From Candidatus Woesearchaeota archaeon (GTDB taxonomy: Archaea > Nanobdellota > Nanobdellia > Woesearchaeales > BM511), in NCBI GenBank assembly GCA_018221135.1, contig JAAOYB010000017.1, positions 1 to 51,296 on the forward strand: a stretch of DNA of 51,296 nucleotides, given 5' to 3'. Below are positions 1 to 9,405 of this stretch, in pieces (within the stretch, counting starts at the first letter, position 1; the number at the start of each line of letters is the position of its first letter). The notes under the pieces were generated by a model. That model worked only from the letters and a program-made list of their open reading frames with translations. It was not told the origin of the DNA and ran no database searches. A program made the position numbers and the translations under genes.

Positions 1-16
1 CTTATTAACCAAAACT

Positions 17-24
17 TTTATAAA
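17..24 (+). promoter_or_regulatory. Archaeal TATA box of the ribosomal protein super-operon
   Basis: TTTATAAA preceded by an A-rich BRE-like stretch (CCAAAAC). It is the only clear TATA upstream of rpl3. Confidence 0.6.
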
Positions 25-49
25 TAGACCGGGGTTTCTCAGAGGAATA

Positions 50-310
50 ACAAAGGCTTATCCGAGTAAAAAAAAGCAGTTATCATGGTTTTTTTCAGAT
101 AAGAAACGCATAGGTTCCTGAAAAGAAAGAATTTTTTACAAATCTGATAAAGGAAAGCTCAAACCCAGTAAAACTTGTTGCTGGGCGTATACGAGTGGTT
201 AGGACACACCAGAAATGGTCTCCTAAAAAAAAATTCTTTGATAGGATTAATCTTTCAATAATAGGAACGTTAAAAAAAAGTTAGTGTAGTAGAGTAGGAA
301 TAATTATAGA
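50..310 (+). ncRNA. Structured 5' leader of the rpl3 operon (candidate ribosomal leader)
   Basis: Nested complementary segments: 114-119/263-268, 126-137/228-239 (12 bp), 164-171/178-185, 199-204/221-226, and 208-211/216-219 closing a GAAA loop. Confidence 0.5.
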
Positions 311-1303
311 ATGGCAAAGACTGGAAAACCTAGAAGTGGAAGCATGCAATTTTGGCCTAGGAAACGGGCTAAGAGACCTCAACCTAGAATAAGGACGTTT
401 ACCAAGATTGATAAAGCCAAACCTGTCGGTTTCGCCGGGTACAAAGTAGGCATGACTCACATATTATTCACTGATAACAGAAAGCACAGCATGACAAAAG
501 GAGAAAGTCTACGCTGGCCGGTCACCATAATAGAAGTGCCGCCACTACAAGTAATCGGTGCTAAGTTCTACAAAAAAACTTATGGAGGGGCAACGAACGC
601 CTCAACCCAAGTAATGTATGATAAACTTGACAAAAACCTTGCTAGGAAGCTTACTCCAAAAAAAAGTAAGGAAGAAAAAAAATTAAGCGACTTAAAACCA
701 GAAGGTTACGATGAGATAAGGATTTTGTTCGCTACGCAGCCAAGCCTCACAAGCCTTGGCAAGAAAAAACCAGAAATATTCGAGATGGGAATCGGTGGAA
801 GCTTAACCGAGCAGTACGAGTACGTAAAAGAAAACCTCGGCAAAACAATAAGCGTAAAAAGCGTTGTTGAAGAAGGAAACCTCATCGATACTCACGCCAT
901 AACAAAAGGTAAAGGATTCCAAGGACCTGTTAAGCGCTTCGGCATCGCTCTTAGAGAAAGTAAAAGCGAAAAGACAAGGCGAGGTCCAGGAAGTCTGGGG
1001 GGTTGGAAAGGCCACGCGCACTTCATGTACCGAATAGCTCACGCTGGTAAGATGGGATTCCATCAAAGAGTCGAATACAATAAACTACTCTTAAAAATCG
1101 GTGAGGACCCAAAAGAAATCAACGTCCCAGGAGGGTACGTTAGGTACGGAGAACTAAAAAACGATTACTTATTAGTAAAAGGCGGAGTAGCCGGCCCAGC
1201 TAAGAGACTCATAATTTTCAAAGAAGCCATAAGGCCTAATAAGAAATTGGGGATGGAAACACCTTCAATAGAACACATCAGTGTCAGTAGTCACCAAGGA
1301 TGA
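311..1303 (+). CDS. rpl3: 50S ribosomal protein uL3
   Basis: PRSGSMQFWPRKRA, FAGYKVGMTH, TKGKGFQGPVKRFG motifs; first gene of the operon. Confidence 0.98.
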   Translation: MAKTGKPRSGSMQFWPRKRAKRPQPRIRTFTKIDKAKPVGFAGYKVGMTHILFTDNRKHSMTKGESLRWPVTIIEVPPLQVIGAKFYKKTYGGATNASTQVMYDKLDKNLARKLTPKKSKEEKKLSDLKPEGYDEIRILFATQPSLTSLGKKKPEIFEMGIGGSLTEQYEYVKENLGKTISVKSVVEEGNLIDTHAITKGKGFQGPVKRFGIALRESKSEKTRRGPGSLGGWKGHAHFMYRIAHAGKMGFHQRVEYNKLLLKIGEDPKEINVPGGYVRYGELKNDYLLVKGGVAGPAKRLIIFKEAIRPNKKLGMETPSIEHISVSSHQG

Positions 1304-1309
1304 TAAGAG

Positions 1310-2161
1310 ATGAAAGCTAAGATAAGAAACATAACCGGAGCTCAAAGTAGCAAAGAAATAGTTTTCCCTAGTCAATTCTCAGAAGAAATTCGTCCTGACT
1401 TAATAAAAAGAGCTGTTTTGACAATCCAAGCAAACAAGAGACAAGCATATGGTGCTAAGCCAAGAGCTGGTATGAGGCACTCAGCAGAGCTTAGCAGGCG
1501 AAGAAGAAAGTATAGGGGTAGTTACGGTCTTGGTATAAGCAGAGTCCCTAGAAAAATATTATCAAGGAGAGGTACTAGGATGATGTGGGTAGGAGCAACG
1601 GCTCCTGGAACCAAGGGAGGAAGAAGAGCTCACCCTCCAAAAGCAAGCAAAGGTTGGGCTCAAAAAATTAATGTTAAAGAAAAAAGAAAAGCTATAAGAA
1701 GCGCTCTTAGCGCAAGCATCAATAAAGAACTCGTAGAGAATAGAGGTCACCGAGTACCAAGTGAGTACCCTTTAGTTATTGAGTCAAAAGCAGAAGAGTT
1801 AACCAAGACAAAACAAGTCGTTGATATGCTTACAAAACTTGGATTAGGCGAAGAATTAGAAAGATGCCAAGAAAAAAAGATTCGGGCAGGCAAAGGAACT
1901 ATGAGAGGAAGAAAATACAAGAAGAAAAAAGGTCCTTTACTAGTGATTGCCAAAAAAAGTAATTTGTTAACTAGTGCGAGAAGTATTAGCGGAGTAGACG
2001 TAGAAATCGTTGACTGCCTAAACACAGAACTATTAGCTCCGGGGACTAGTCCTGGAAGACTCACGATTTACACCGAAGACGCTATTAAGCGATTAAACGA
2101 AGAAAAACTATTCACAAACGCCATCATCAAAAAAGTTGAGAAAGTAGAGGTTAAGAAATGA
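1310..2161 (+). CDS. rpl4: 50S ribosomal protein uL4
   Basis: IRPDLIKRAV, GGRRAHPPK, RAGKGTMRGRKY, LLAPGTSPGRLT. Confidence 0.98.
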   Translation: MKAKIRNITGAQSSKEIVFPSQFSEEIRPDLIKRAVLTIQANKRQAYGAKPRAGMRHSAELSRRRRKYRGSYGLGISRVPRKILSRRGTRMMWVGATAPGTKGGRRAHPPKASKGWAQKINVKEKRKAIRSALSASINKELVENRGHRVPSEYPLVIESKAEELTKTKQVVDMLTKLGLGEELERCQEKKIRAGKGTMRGRKYKKKKGPLLVIAKKSNLLTSARSISGVDVEIVDCLNTELLAPGTSPGRLTIYTEDAIKRLNEEKLFTNAIIKKVEKVEVKK

Positions 2162-2412
2162 GTCAAGTAATAATTAACCCTGTCTCAACAGAGAAGAGTT
2201 TGCGATTGATGGAAGCAGAGAACAAACTCATATTTAGGGTTTCAACAAAAGCCAATAAGCAAGAAATAAAAAAAGAAATCGAAGAATTACTAGGCGCAAA
2301 AGTAAGAAGTGTGAACACAGCAATTACGCCTAGAGGACATAAAAGAGCATATGTTAAGTTTGATGATTCAACACCAGCTATTGATATAGCTACAAAGCTA
2401 GGACTGATGTGA
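2158..2412 (+). CDS. rpl23: 50S ribosomal protein uL23
   Basis: PVSTEKS...ENKLIF...KRAYVK...IATKLG; synteny. Confidence 0.97.
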   Translation: MSQVIINPVSTEKSLRLMEAENKLIFRVSTKANKQEIKKEIEELLGAKVRSVNTAITPRGHKRAYVKFDDSTPAIDIATKLGLM

Positions 2413-2419
2413 TAATAAA

Positions 2420-3124
2420 ATGGGTAAGAGACTTATACAACAAGCAAGAGGAAAAGGCGGACCTACTTATAGAGCTCCGAGTTTTCGGTATAAGGGAAAG
2501 AGTAAGCTTCCAAGAAAAGACGTAACTGGAAAAATCGTTGATATAGTTAGGTGCCCGGGACACTCAGCTCCGCTTTTCGAAGTAAGATATGATGATAACA
2601 CTAAGGGTTACTTAGTAGCAAGTGATAACGTACGAGTAGGAGACACCATATCCACTCAACAAGTAAACCCTGACTCGCTAAACGTAACAGAATTAAAAAA
2701 TATTCCTGAAGGAGCAAGTATTTTCAATGTTGAAGCAACCCCTAATGACGGCGGAAAATTCGTTCGAGCAGGAGGGACTAGTGCGAGAGTCATTACTAAG
2801 CTAAAAGACAAAGTAATAGTTGAGCTTCCATCAAAGAAACAAAAAGTTTTCCATCCGGACTGCCGGGCTAGCATCGGGATAGTCGCTGGTGGTGGAAGAG
2901 TTGAGAAACCAATACTTAAAGCTGGAAAGAAGTATTATAAGATGAAAGCAAAAAACAAGTTATGGCCTATTGTTTCAGGAACAGCTCAAAACGCTGTTGA
3001 CCACCCTTTTGGTAATAAGAGAAGCAGCAGGAAATCAAAGGCTAGACCTACTAGTAAAAACGCGCCTCCAGGAAGAAAAGTAGGAATGATAGGTGCTAGG
3101 AGAACAGGCAGGAAAAAAAAGTAA
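2420..3124 (+). CDS. rpl2: 50S ribosomal protein uL2
   Basis: MGKRLIQQARGKG, DGGKFVRAGG, NAVDHPFG, PPGRKVG. Confidence 0.98.
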   Translation: MGKRLIQQARGKGGPTYRAPSFRYKGKSKLPRKDVTGKIVDIVRCPGHSAPLFEVRYDDNTKGYLVASDNVRVGDTISTQQVNPDSLNVTELKNIPEGASIFNVEATPNDGGKFVRAGGTSARVITKLKDKVIVELPSKKQKVFHPDCRASIGIVAGGGRVEKPILKAGKKYYKMKAKNKLWPIVSGTAQNAVDHPFGNKRSSRKSKARPTSKNAPPGRKVGMIGARRTGRKKK

Positions 3125-3144
3125 TGTTTTGGTGAGATGATCAA

Positions 3145-3528
3145 ATGAGCATAAAAGAATTCAAATACAGAGGAAAAACAATTGAGGAATTAAAAAAGTT
3201 AAGCGATAAAGAATTCGCAGAACTCCTCCCATCTCGTGAGAGAAGAACAGTGCTTAGAGGTTACACCGAAGAGCAAAAAAAGTTCATAGAAAAAATTAAT
3301 GCTGGAAAAGACAGGATAAAAACGCATTGTAGAGATGTTGTTATCCTTCCAAGAATGGTTGGGAGAACCCTTCTAATCCATAGAGGTAATGATTTTAGAA
3401 CTATTACAGTCATGCCTGAGATGGTTGGGCATAGACTTGGCGAGTACGCTCAGACTAGAAAAGGCGTTGGTCATAACGCTCCAGGAGTAGGAGCTACTAG
3501 GAGTAGCGCTCACGTATCAGTAAGATAA
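3145..3528 (+). CDS. rps19: 30S ribosomal protein uS19
   Basis: FKYRGKT, KTHCRD, PEMVGHRLGE, PGVGATRSS. Confidence 0.98.
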   Translation: MSIKEFKYRGKTIEELKKLSDKEFAELLPSRERRTVLRGYTEEQKKFIEKINAGKDRIKTHCRDVVILPRMVGRTLLIHRGNDFRTITVMPEMVGHRLGEYAQTRKGVGHNAPGVGATRSSAHVSVR

Positions 3529-3540
3529 AAGTGATGATTT

Positions 3541-4173
3541 ATGAGTTACGCAAAAAACGATTTTGACGAAAAAACCATGGCTAGAGCCAAAGGATTAGGC
3601 TTGTCTATTAGTACTAAGAACGCTATAGAAATAGCTAATTTTATTCGTGGAAAAAAAGTTGTTTTGGCAAAAAAGATTTTAGAAGATGTAATAGGTAAGA
3701 GAGTCGCTGTTCCTTACAAGCGCTTCAACGGAGACGTCGGACACAAAAAAGGAATTGGTCCTGGGAGATACCCAAAGAAAGCTAGCGAACAAATCCTTAG
3801 TGTTATTAAAAGCGCTGAGAGCAACGCTTCGTACAAAGGACTCGAACCAGCAGACTTAGTTATTAACAAATTAGTTATTAACAAAGGACCTACTCAGTGG
3901 CATTACGGTCGCCAGAGGAGGCGACAGATGAAAAGAACTCATGTTGAGATAGTACTTGAAGAAAAAACATCAAAGAAAAAAGAAGCAGACGGAGTTAAAG
4001 ACTCCGGTGCACCAAAGTCAAAGACTTTGAGTGAGCCTAAAGTTAAGGAAGCTCCAAAAAAAGAAGTTGGAGTTGCTAAGCCCGAAGAAGAAGAAAAGGC
4101 TGTAGAAAAAAAAGAAAAGAAAACCGAGAAAAAAGAAGTTAAGAAAAAAACTAAGAAAGTTGATGATAAATGA
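3541..4173 (+). CDS. rpl22: 50S ribosomal protein uL22 with K/E-rich C-terminal extension
   Basis: ISTKNAIEIANFIRGK, GRYPKKA, THVEIVLEE, then a ~65-aa charged tail. Confidence 0.97.
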   Translation: MSYAKNDFDEKTMARAKGLGLSISTKNAIEIANFIRGKKVVLAKKILEDVIGKRVAVPYKRFNGDVGHKKGIGPGRYPKKASEQILSVIKSAESNASYKGLEPADLVINKLVINKGPTQWHYGRQRRRQMKRTHVEIVLEEKTSKKKEADGVKDSGAPKSKTLSEPKVKEAPKKEVGVAKPEEEEKAVEKKEKKTEKKEVKKKTKKVDDK

Positions 4174-5021
4174 TTGAGAGAGAGTTCGTAAAACAAAAAC
4201 TAAAAGAGTTCGAGATTCGAGAATACCTTGAAAAAAATCTTAAGAGAGTAGGTTACAGCACTACTAAGATAAAAAGGAGTCCTTTAGGGGATAAAGTAAT
4301 AATTTATGCTTCTAGACCAGGCTTGATAATTGGTAGGCAAGGCGCAAATATTAAGACTTTAACAAAAGCTCTTAAGAATCGTTTCAAACTTGAGAATCCT
4401 CAAATCGAGATCGAAGAAATAAAAAAGATTTATGAAGATGCCCAGATAGTAGCTGAAGAAATCGCTAATAACCTTGAGCGTTACGGGCCTCAACGATTCA
4501 AAGGAATTGGTCACAGAGTCATGACTCGAGTTTTAGAAACAGGAAGCTTAGGTGTTGAGATACTAATAAGTGGTAAGATTCCGAGCAGTAGGTCTAAGAC
4601 TTGGAGGTTTTATGCTGGTTACCTAAAAAAATGTGGGGATATCGCGGTTAGTTATGTTAAAAAAGCGTACGCCACCGCAGAGCTAAAAACCGGGACTGTT
4701 GGGATAATTGTTAAGATCATGCCAAGCAATATTAGGCTTCCATATGATATTAGATTAATAGGTGAGCCTGACGAAGAAGTAATCGAAGAAGTAATCGAAG
4801 AAAAAGAAGTTGAAAAAGTAGAAGAAGAAATAAAAAGCGTAGCAGAAAAACAAGAAGAAGCCACAAAAGAAGAAGTTGAAAAAATAACAGAAAAAGAAGA
4901 AAAGAAAGTGGTAAAAAAAGTTGCTAAACCAAAAAAAGAAACTAAGAAAAAGGCTGAAGAAAAAAAGCCGGCAACCAAGAAGAAAACCGCTTCTTCTTCG
5001 AAAAAGAAAAAAGAAGATTGA
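4170..5021 (+). CDS. rps3: 30S ribosomal protein uS3 with E/K-rich C-terminal extension
   Basis: KH-domain RPGLIIGRQG, GVEILISGK, GYLKKCG. Confidence 0.98.
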   Translation: MIEREFVKQKLKEFEIREYLEKNLKRVGYSTTKIKRSPLGDKVIIYASRPGLIIGRQGANIKTLTKALKNRFKLENPQIEIEEIKKIYEDAQIVAEEIANNLERYGPQRFKGIGHRVMTRVLETGSLGVEILISGKIPSSRSKTWRFYAGYLKKCGDIAVSYVKKAYATAELKTGTVGIIVKIMPSNIRLPYDIRLIGEPDEEVIEEVIEEKEVEKVEEEIKSVAEKQEEATKEEVEKITEKEEKKVVKKVAKPKKETKKKAEEKKPATKKKTASSSKKKKED

Positions 5022-5027
5022 TGATTT

Positions 5028-5225
5028 ATGAAAGCAAAAGAGATAAGACAACTAAGCGTTGAAGAACTCGGAAAAAAAGAAGTTGAGATAAAAAAAGAAT
5101 TGATGAAACTTAACGCTCAAGTAGCCATGGGTGGAGCTCTTAAGAGTCCAGGGCAGATCAAACAATACAAGAAAACAATAGCGAAAATAAACACGATAAG
5201 AAAAGAGAAGGAGGAAAAAAAGTAG
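5028..5225 (+). CDS. rpl29: 50S ribosomal protein uL29
   Basis: MKAKEIRQLS...SPGQIKQYKKTIAKINT; synteny. Confidence 0.95.
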   Translation: MKAKEIRQLSVEELGKKEVEIKKELMKLNAQVAMGGALKSPGQIKQYKKTIAKINTIRKEKEEKK

Positions 5226-5534
5226 ATGAGTGAGATATGCACCACTTGCGGGCTTCCACAAGAGTTATGCGTTTGTGAAACCATAGCGAAGGAGAGCCTA
5301 AAAATAAAGATATACACTATAAAAAAGAAATACGGGAAGAAATACACTGTTATCAAAGGCATAAATGACAAAGACGTCAACATAAAAGAAGTGACCAAGA
5401 AGCTAAAAAACACTTTTGCTTGTGGAGGCACAGCTAAAGAAGGAGTAATCGAGCTTCAAGGTGAGCACAAACAAAGAACAAAAGACGTCCTTGCAAAGAT
5501 GGGTTTCCCACCAGAAACCATAGAGGTCAGATGA
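5226..5534 (+). CDS. sui1: Translation initiation factor aIF1 (SUI1/YciH)
   Basis: CTTCGLPQELCVC, LKNTFACGGT, IELQGEH. Confidence 0.96.
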   Translation: MSEICTTCGLPQELCVCETIAKESLKIKIYTIKKKYGKKYTVIKGINDKDVNIKEVTKKLKNTFACGGTAKEGVIELQGEHKQRTKDVLAKMGFPPETIEVR

Positions 5535-5776
5535 ATGCGAAAAAAGAAGTGCTTCGAGGCGAACTAATCGGAAAACACGCTGTGATAACAACCAAGAACA
5601 ACCAATGTTTCAAAGGAAAAATCATTGATGAAACAAAAAATACTATCACGATAAAAACAAAAGACGGGAATAAGATGATAATCAAAACACAATCAACAAT
5701 CAAAATCGAAGAAGGCGTCATTAACGGAGCAAAAATAGCTAAGCGACCAGAAGACCGCCTAAAAATAAGAGGATGA
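5531..5776 (+). CDS. rnp1: Ribonuclease P protein component 1 (Rpp29/POP4)
   Basis: ELIG...GKIIDETKNT...RPEDRLK; canonical position between SUI1 and S17. Confidence 0.93.
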   Translation: MNAKKEVLRGELIGKHAVITTKNNQCFKGKIIDETKNTITIKTKDGNKMIIKTQSTIKIEEGVINGAKIAKRPEDRLKIRG

Positions 5777-5787
5777 ATGATTAGAAA

Positions 5788-6123
5788 ATGGTTAAGAAAA
5801 GCATAGGTGTAAGCGGCGTGAAAATGCCAGAAAAAGTTTGCGAAGACAAAAATTGTCCTTTCCACTCAAATCTTCCTCTTAGAGGTAAGATCTTCGCCGG
5901 AGAAGTAGTAAGTAACGTTTTTCAAAGAACCGTTAGTGTTTTTTGGCAGAGAAGAGCAAAAATACCAAAGTATGAAAGATATGAGAAAAGAAAAACAAAG
6001 ATTCGGGTTCACAGCACGCCATGCATAGAAGTAAAACTCGGAGACCTTGTTCGGATTGCTGAGTGCAGACCATTATCAAAAACAAAGCAGTTTGTCATAA
6101 TAGAAAAAATCACAAAAAAATAA
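5788..6123 (+). CDS. rps17: 30S ribosomal protein uS17
   Basis: CEDKNCPFH, KYERYEKR, ECRPLSKTK. Confidence 0.98.
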   Translation: MVKKSIGVSGVKMPEKVCEDKNCPFHSNLPLRGKIFAGEVVSNVFQRTVSVFWQRRAKIPKYERYEKRKTKIRVHSTPCIEVKLGDLVRIAECRPLSKTKQFVIIEKITKK

Positions 6124-6139
6124 AAAAAACGATTTTAAG

Positions 6140-6541
6140 ATGAAAGCGAAAAAAGCAAAAGTGACGCGAGCACTCCAAGTAGGAAGCTACCTTGAGACTT
6201 GTGATAATAGCGGGGCTAAAAAAGTTAAGATAACCGCTGTTAAGCGTCACAAAACAGTTAAGGGAAGAATCCCCGCCGCTGGTGTTGGAGATATGGTGCA
6301 AGTAACCGTGAAAAAAGGTCGGCCAGACGTTCGAAAACAAGTTCACTTCGCAATCATCGTAAGACAAAAAAAAGAATACAGACGCCCTGATGGGACAAGA
6401 GTTAAGTTCGAAGACAACTCACTTATCATATTAAAAGATGATAAGGGAAACCCTAAAGGAACAATATTCAAAGGCCCAGTAGCTAAAGAAGCCGCTGAGA
6501 GATGGCCTGCCCTTGCAAAAGTAGCGAGTATGATACTATAA
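6140..6541 (+). CDS. rpl14: 50S ribosomal protein uL14
   Basis: CDNSGAK, RQKKEYRRPDG, FEDN, GPVAKEAAERWP. Confidence 0.98.
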   Translation: MKAKKAKVTRALQVGSYLETCDNSGAKKVKITAVKRHKTVKGRIPAAGVGDMVQVTVKKGRPDVRKQVHFAIIVRQKKEYRRPDGTRVKFEDNSLIILKDDKGNPKGTIFKGPVAKEAAERWPALAKVASMIL

Positions 6542-6546
6542 AAAAA

Positions 6547-6930
6547 ATGGATAGAAATAAGTTTTCAAGTATGTGGAAGGCATCAAAAAAGCCATCAAAA
6601 CAAAGAAAATATGTCTCAAAAGCTCCGCTTCACTTAAGAGGTGCTTTTTTGAATGTTCACTTATCTGCTGAGCTTAGAAAGAAACACTCAAAAAGAAGTG
6701 TTAGAGTAAGAAAAGGAGACAAGATAAAAGTGCTTAGAGGAACTCACAAAGGAAAAATGGGGAGTGTTGAGAGCGTAAATGTTAAAAAATCAAAAGTGTA
6801 CGTCGTAGGCGTTGAAAGCATAAAAAGAGACGGTTCAAAAACTAAGTATCCGCTTAGCGCATCGAACCTTTTAATCACTGATCTAAACATTAATGATAAG
6901 AAAAGAAAAGAAAACCTTGAGAGGAAATAA
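6547..6930 (+). CDS. rpl24: 50S ribosomal protein uL24
   Basis: SKKPSKQRK, LSAELRKKH, VRKGDKIKVLRG. Start moved to ATG 6547, after the rpl14 stop. Confidence 0.96.
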   Translation: MDRNKFSSMWKASKKPSKQRKYVSKAPLHLRGAFLNVHLSAELRKKHSKRSVRVRKGDKIKVLRGTHKGKMGSVESVNVKKSKVYVVGVESIKRDGSKTKYPLSASNLLITDLNINDKKRKENLERK

Positions 6931-6940
6931 TTAGAATAAA

Positions 6941-7630
6941 ATGGTTAAATCACACTTAAAAAGAATAGCGACACCAAAGACTTGGAAGATAAAAAGAAAA
7001 AAGAACGTGTTCGTAACTAGGCCGAAACCCGGCGCTCACAAAATAAGTATGGGTGTTTCTTTGAACACTTTTTTCAAAGAAGTCCTAAGGTATTGCAAGA
7101 CCACAAAAGAAGTAAGACAAATATTGCATAATAAAGAAGTATTAGTCGATGGTAAGAGAAGAAAGAACCCAAGGTTTCTTGTTGGCTTAATGGATGTTGT
7201 AAGCATCCCTAGCATAAAAGAAAATTATAGGTTAGTACTAAGTGATAAAGGAGTATTAACCCACCTAAAAATTGAGGGTAAAGAAGCAAATCTAAAACCA
7301 TCTAAGATCATGAACAAAACCCTAATCAAAGAGGGTAAGGTGCAACTTAACCTAAGCGATGGAAGAAACATATTACTAAAAAAAGACAGTTACAAAACAG
7401 GAGACACCTTGCTTTTTGAGTTGCCTTCTCAAAAAATAGTTAAGCATCTAAAACTAGGTGTTGGCAGCTACGTAGTCTTAGGTCGTGGTAAGCACGCAGG
7501 CATGGGAGGAGTAGTATCTGAGATAAAAGATAATGATATCAGTTTTAAAAATAAGGACGGCGAAGTTCTCAAAACAAAAAAAGCTTATGCTTTTGTAGTG
7601 GGCGAGAAAAAAGCCGAGATAAAAATATAA
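6941..7630 (+). CDS. rps4e: 30S ribosomal protein eS4
   Basis: HLKRIATPKTW, PGAH, VGLMDV, QLNLSDGRN. Confidence 0.97.
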   Translation: MVKSHLKRIATPKTWKIKRKKNVFVTRPKPGAHKISMGVSLNTFFKEVLRYCKTTKEVRQILHNKEVLVDGKRRKNPRFLVGLMDVVSIPSIKENYRLVLSDKGVLTHLKIEGKEANLKPSKIMNKTLIKEGKVQLNLSDGRNILLKKDSYKTGDTLLFELPSQKIVKHLKLGVGSYVVLGRGKHAGMGGVVSEIKDNDISFKNKDGEVLKTKKAYAFVVGEKKAEIKI

Positions 7631-7631
7631 G

Positions 7632-8183
7632 ATGAGCAAAACAAAAAAAGAAGTCAAGAAAAAGAAAGGGGAAAACCCGATGAGGATGATTGGCGTTGAG
7701 AAAATCACGCTTAATTTTAGTGCGGGAAAAGACCAAAACCTCCTTAATAAAGGCGTACAACTCTTAGAGCACATCTCAGGTGTAAAACCTGTTTTGACTA
7801 AGACTAATAAAAGGATTCCTACTTGGGGGCTTAGACCGGGTCTTCCTATTGGTTGCAAGATAACTCTTAGAGGAGAAAAAGCAGAAGCTCTTCTTTTAAG
7901 GTTGCTTAAAGCCAAGAGTATGACTCTTCAAGACTCCTCTTTTGATGGTAATGGAAACATAAGTTTCGGGATTCACGAATACATTAACATCCCGGATGTT
8001 AAGTACGAGCCAGACATCGGAATTATAGGCTTGCAAGTAAGCATCACTCTTAGAAGACCTGGTTTTAGAGTTAAGAACCGAAGTGTTAAGAAGAGTTTTG
8101 TTGGTAAAAACCACGTTGTTAACAAAGATGAATCAATTAATTATTTTGTTAATAAATACGGTGTTAAACTAGGAGAGGCATAG
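7632..8183 (+). CDS. rpl5: 50S ribosomal protein uL5
   Basis: [35 protein letters not shown]. Confidence 0.98.
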   Translation: MSKTKKEVKKKKGENPMRMIGVEKITLNFSAGKDQNLLNKGVQLLEHISGVKPVLTKTNKRIPTWGLRPGLPIGCKITLRGEKAEALLLRLLKAKSMTLQDSSFDGNGNISFGIHEYINIPDVKYEPDIGIIGLQVSITLRRPGFRVKNRSVKKSFVGKNHVVNKDESINYFVNKYGVKLGEA

Positions 8184-8188
8184 GAAAA

Positions 8189-8419
8189 ATGACTACTAGC
8201 GATCACAAAAAAGTTTTAAAACAAATAGGCAAAAAGCCTGGAAAACTTGAGAAGTTCAAAAAGCATAACACTCCAAAAAAGAGGAGTTGCGGGATAGCCA
8301 CAAAGAAGTGTAGGCGTTGCGGAAGAAACGGAGCCCACATAGACAAATACGGCCTTGATCTTTGTAGGCAGTGTTTTAGGGAGAACGCTCTTAGGATAGG
8401 TTTCAAAAAATATTATTAG
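8189..8419 (+). CDS. rps14: 30S ribosomal protein uS14 (Zn-binding)
   Basis: CRRCG...[13 protein letters not shown]...GFKKY. Confidence 0.97.
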   Translation: MTTSDHKKVLKQIGKKPGKLEKFKKHNTPKKRSCGIATKKCRRCGRNGAHIDKYGLDLCRQCFRENALRIGFKKYY

Positions 8420-8433
8420 GTGTTAATAAAAAA

Positions 8434-8826
8434 ATGGTGTTAAATGACCCAGTAGCAAACGTGCTTAGCCACATACAAAATTATGAGAAGATAGGCAGAA
8501 AAGAGATTGTGTTAAATCATAGTTCAAAAGTGATAAAAGAACTCTTAAGAGTTCTTAATGAGAACAGTTACATTGGGAGCAGCGAAGTAATCGAGTCGAA
8601 TAGAGGCGAAAAACTTCGTCTTAACTTGTTAAACCACATAAATAAGTGCGGGGTTATAAAGCCTCGGTTCAGCGTGAAAAAAGATGAGTATGACAAGTTT
8701 GAGAAAAGGTTTTTGCCAGCTAAAGGCTTTGGGATACTAATACTCTCTACGTCGCAAGGAATAATGACTAATGATGAAGCAAAAGACAAAGGTATCGGAG
8801 GACGACTCTTAGCATACTGCTACTAA
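8434..8826 (+). CDS. rps8: 30S ribosomal protein uS8
   Basis: INKCGVIKPRF, FLPAKGFG, STSQGIMT, GGRLLAYCY. Confidence 0.98.
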   Translation: MVLNDPVANVLSHIQNYEKIGRKEIVLNHSSKVIKELLRVLNENSYIGSSEVIESNRGEKLRLNLLNHINKCGVIKPRFSVKKDEYDKFEKRFLPAKGFGILILSTSQGIMTNDEAKDKGIGGRLLAYCY

Positions 8827-8846
8827 AAAAGGATTTAAGATATAAT

Positions 8847-9392
8847 ATGAAAGTCGAAAAATATGTTGATTCAGTGGAAGTTCCACAAGGTGTTAGCGCG
8901 TCTTACGAATCAGGAATCTTTAAAGTAAGCGGTGAGAAAGGAGAAGTCTCTAAGAAATTGTTTTATCCCAATTTAAAGGTGGGTGTTTCTTCTGACAAAG
9001 TAGTCTTTGAATACGCTAACGCTACAAAAAGGGAGAAAAAAATTATATCAACTTATAAGGCGCATCTAAGAAACCTTTTTAGAGGCGTAATCGAAGGGCA
9101 CACGTACGAATTAAAGATTTGCAGCGGTCACTTCCCAATGAATGTAAGCATAAAAGATGATAGTTTTATTGTTAAGAACTTCATAGGAGAAAAAGTGCCG
9201 AGGACTTACAAGATACGAGACGGCGTCAAAGTAAAAATAGACGGAGACAAAATAATTGTTGAAGATGTTAATAAAGAAAAAGCCGGTCAAACCGCCGCTG
9301 ATATCGAGCAGTTAACTAGGCGGACCGGTTTTGATAGAAGAATATTTCAAGACGGGATATACATAACGTTAAAGGACGGTAAAAAATTATAA
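8847..9392 (+). CDS. rpl6: 50S ribosomal protein uL6
   Basis: HFPMNV, NFIGEK, GQTAADIEQ, DRRIFQDGIYI. Confidence 0.98.
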   Translation: MKVEKYVDSVEVPQGVSASYESGIFKVSGEKGEVSKKLFYPNLKVGVSSDKVVFEYANATKREKKIISTYKAHLRNLFRGVIEGHTYELKICSGHFPMNVSIKDDSFIVKNFIGEKVPRTYKIRDGVKVKIDGDKIIVEDVNKEKAGQTAADIEQLTRRTGFDRRIFQDGIYITLKDGKKL

Positions 9393-9405
9393 GGATTGAT
9401 TTATC

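Noticed and set aside
42-166. RNase P RNA-like words (AGGAAAGCTC at 151-160, AACAAAGGCTTA at 48-60)
   Set aside because: They are in the wrong order for CR-I and CR-V, and the P4 helix cannot be extended beyond about 5 bp. No SRP helix-8 motif is present either.
4773-4802. Tandem 12-nt repeat GAAGAAGTAATC in rps3
   Set aside because: In-frame EEVI slippage repeat in a low-complexity tail; no spacers, not CRISPR
6502-6546. N-terminal MACPCK extension of uL24 in the ORF track
   Set aside because: Overlaps rpl14; the true start is most likely ATG 6547
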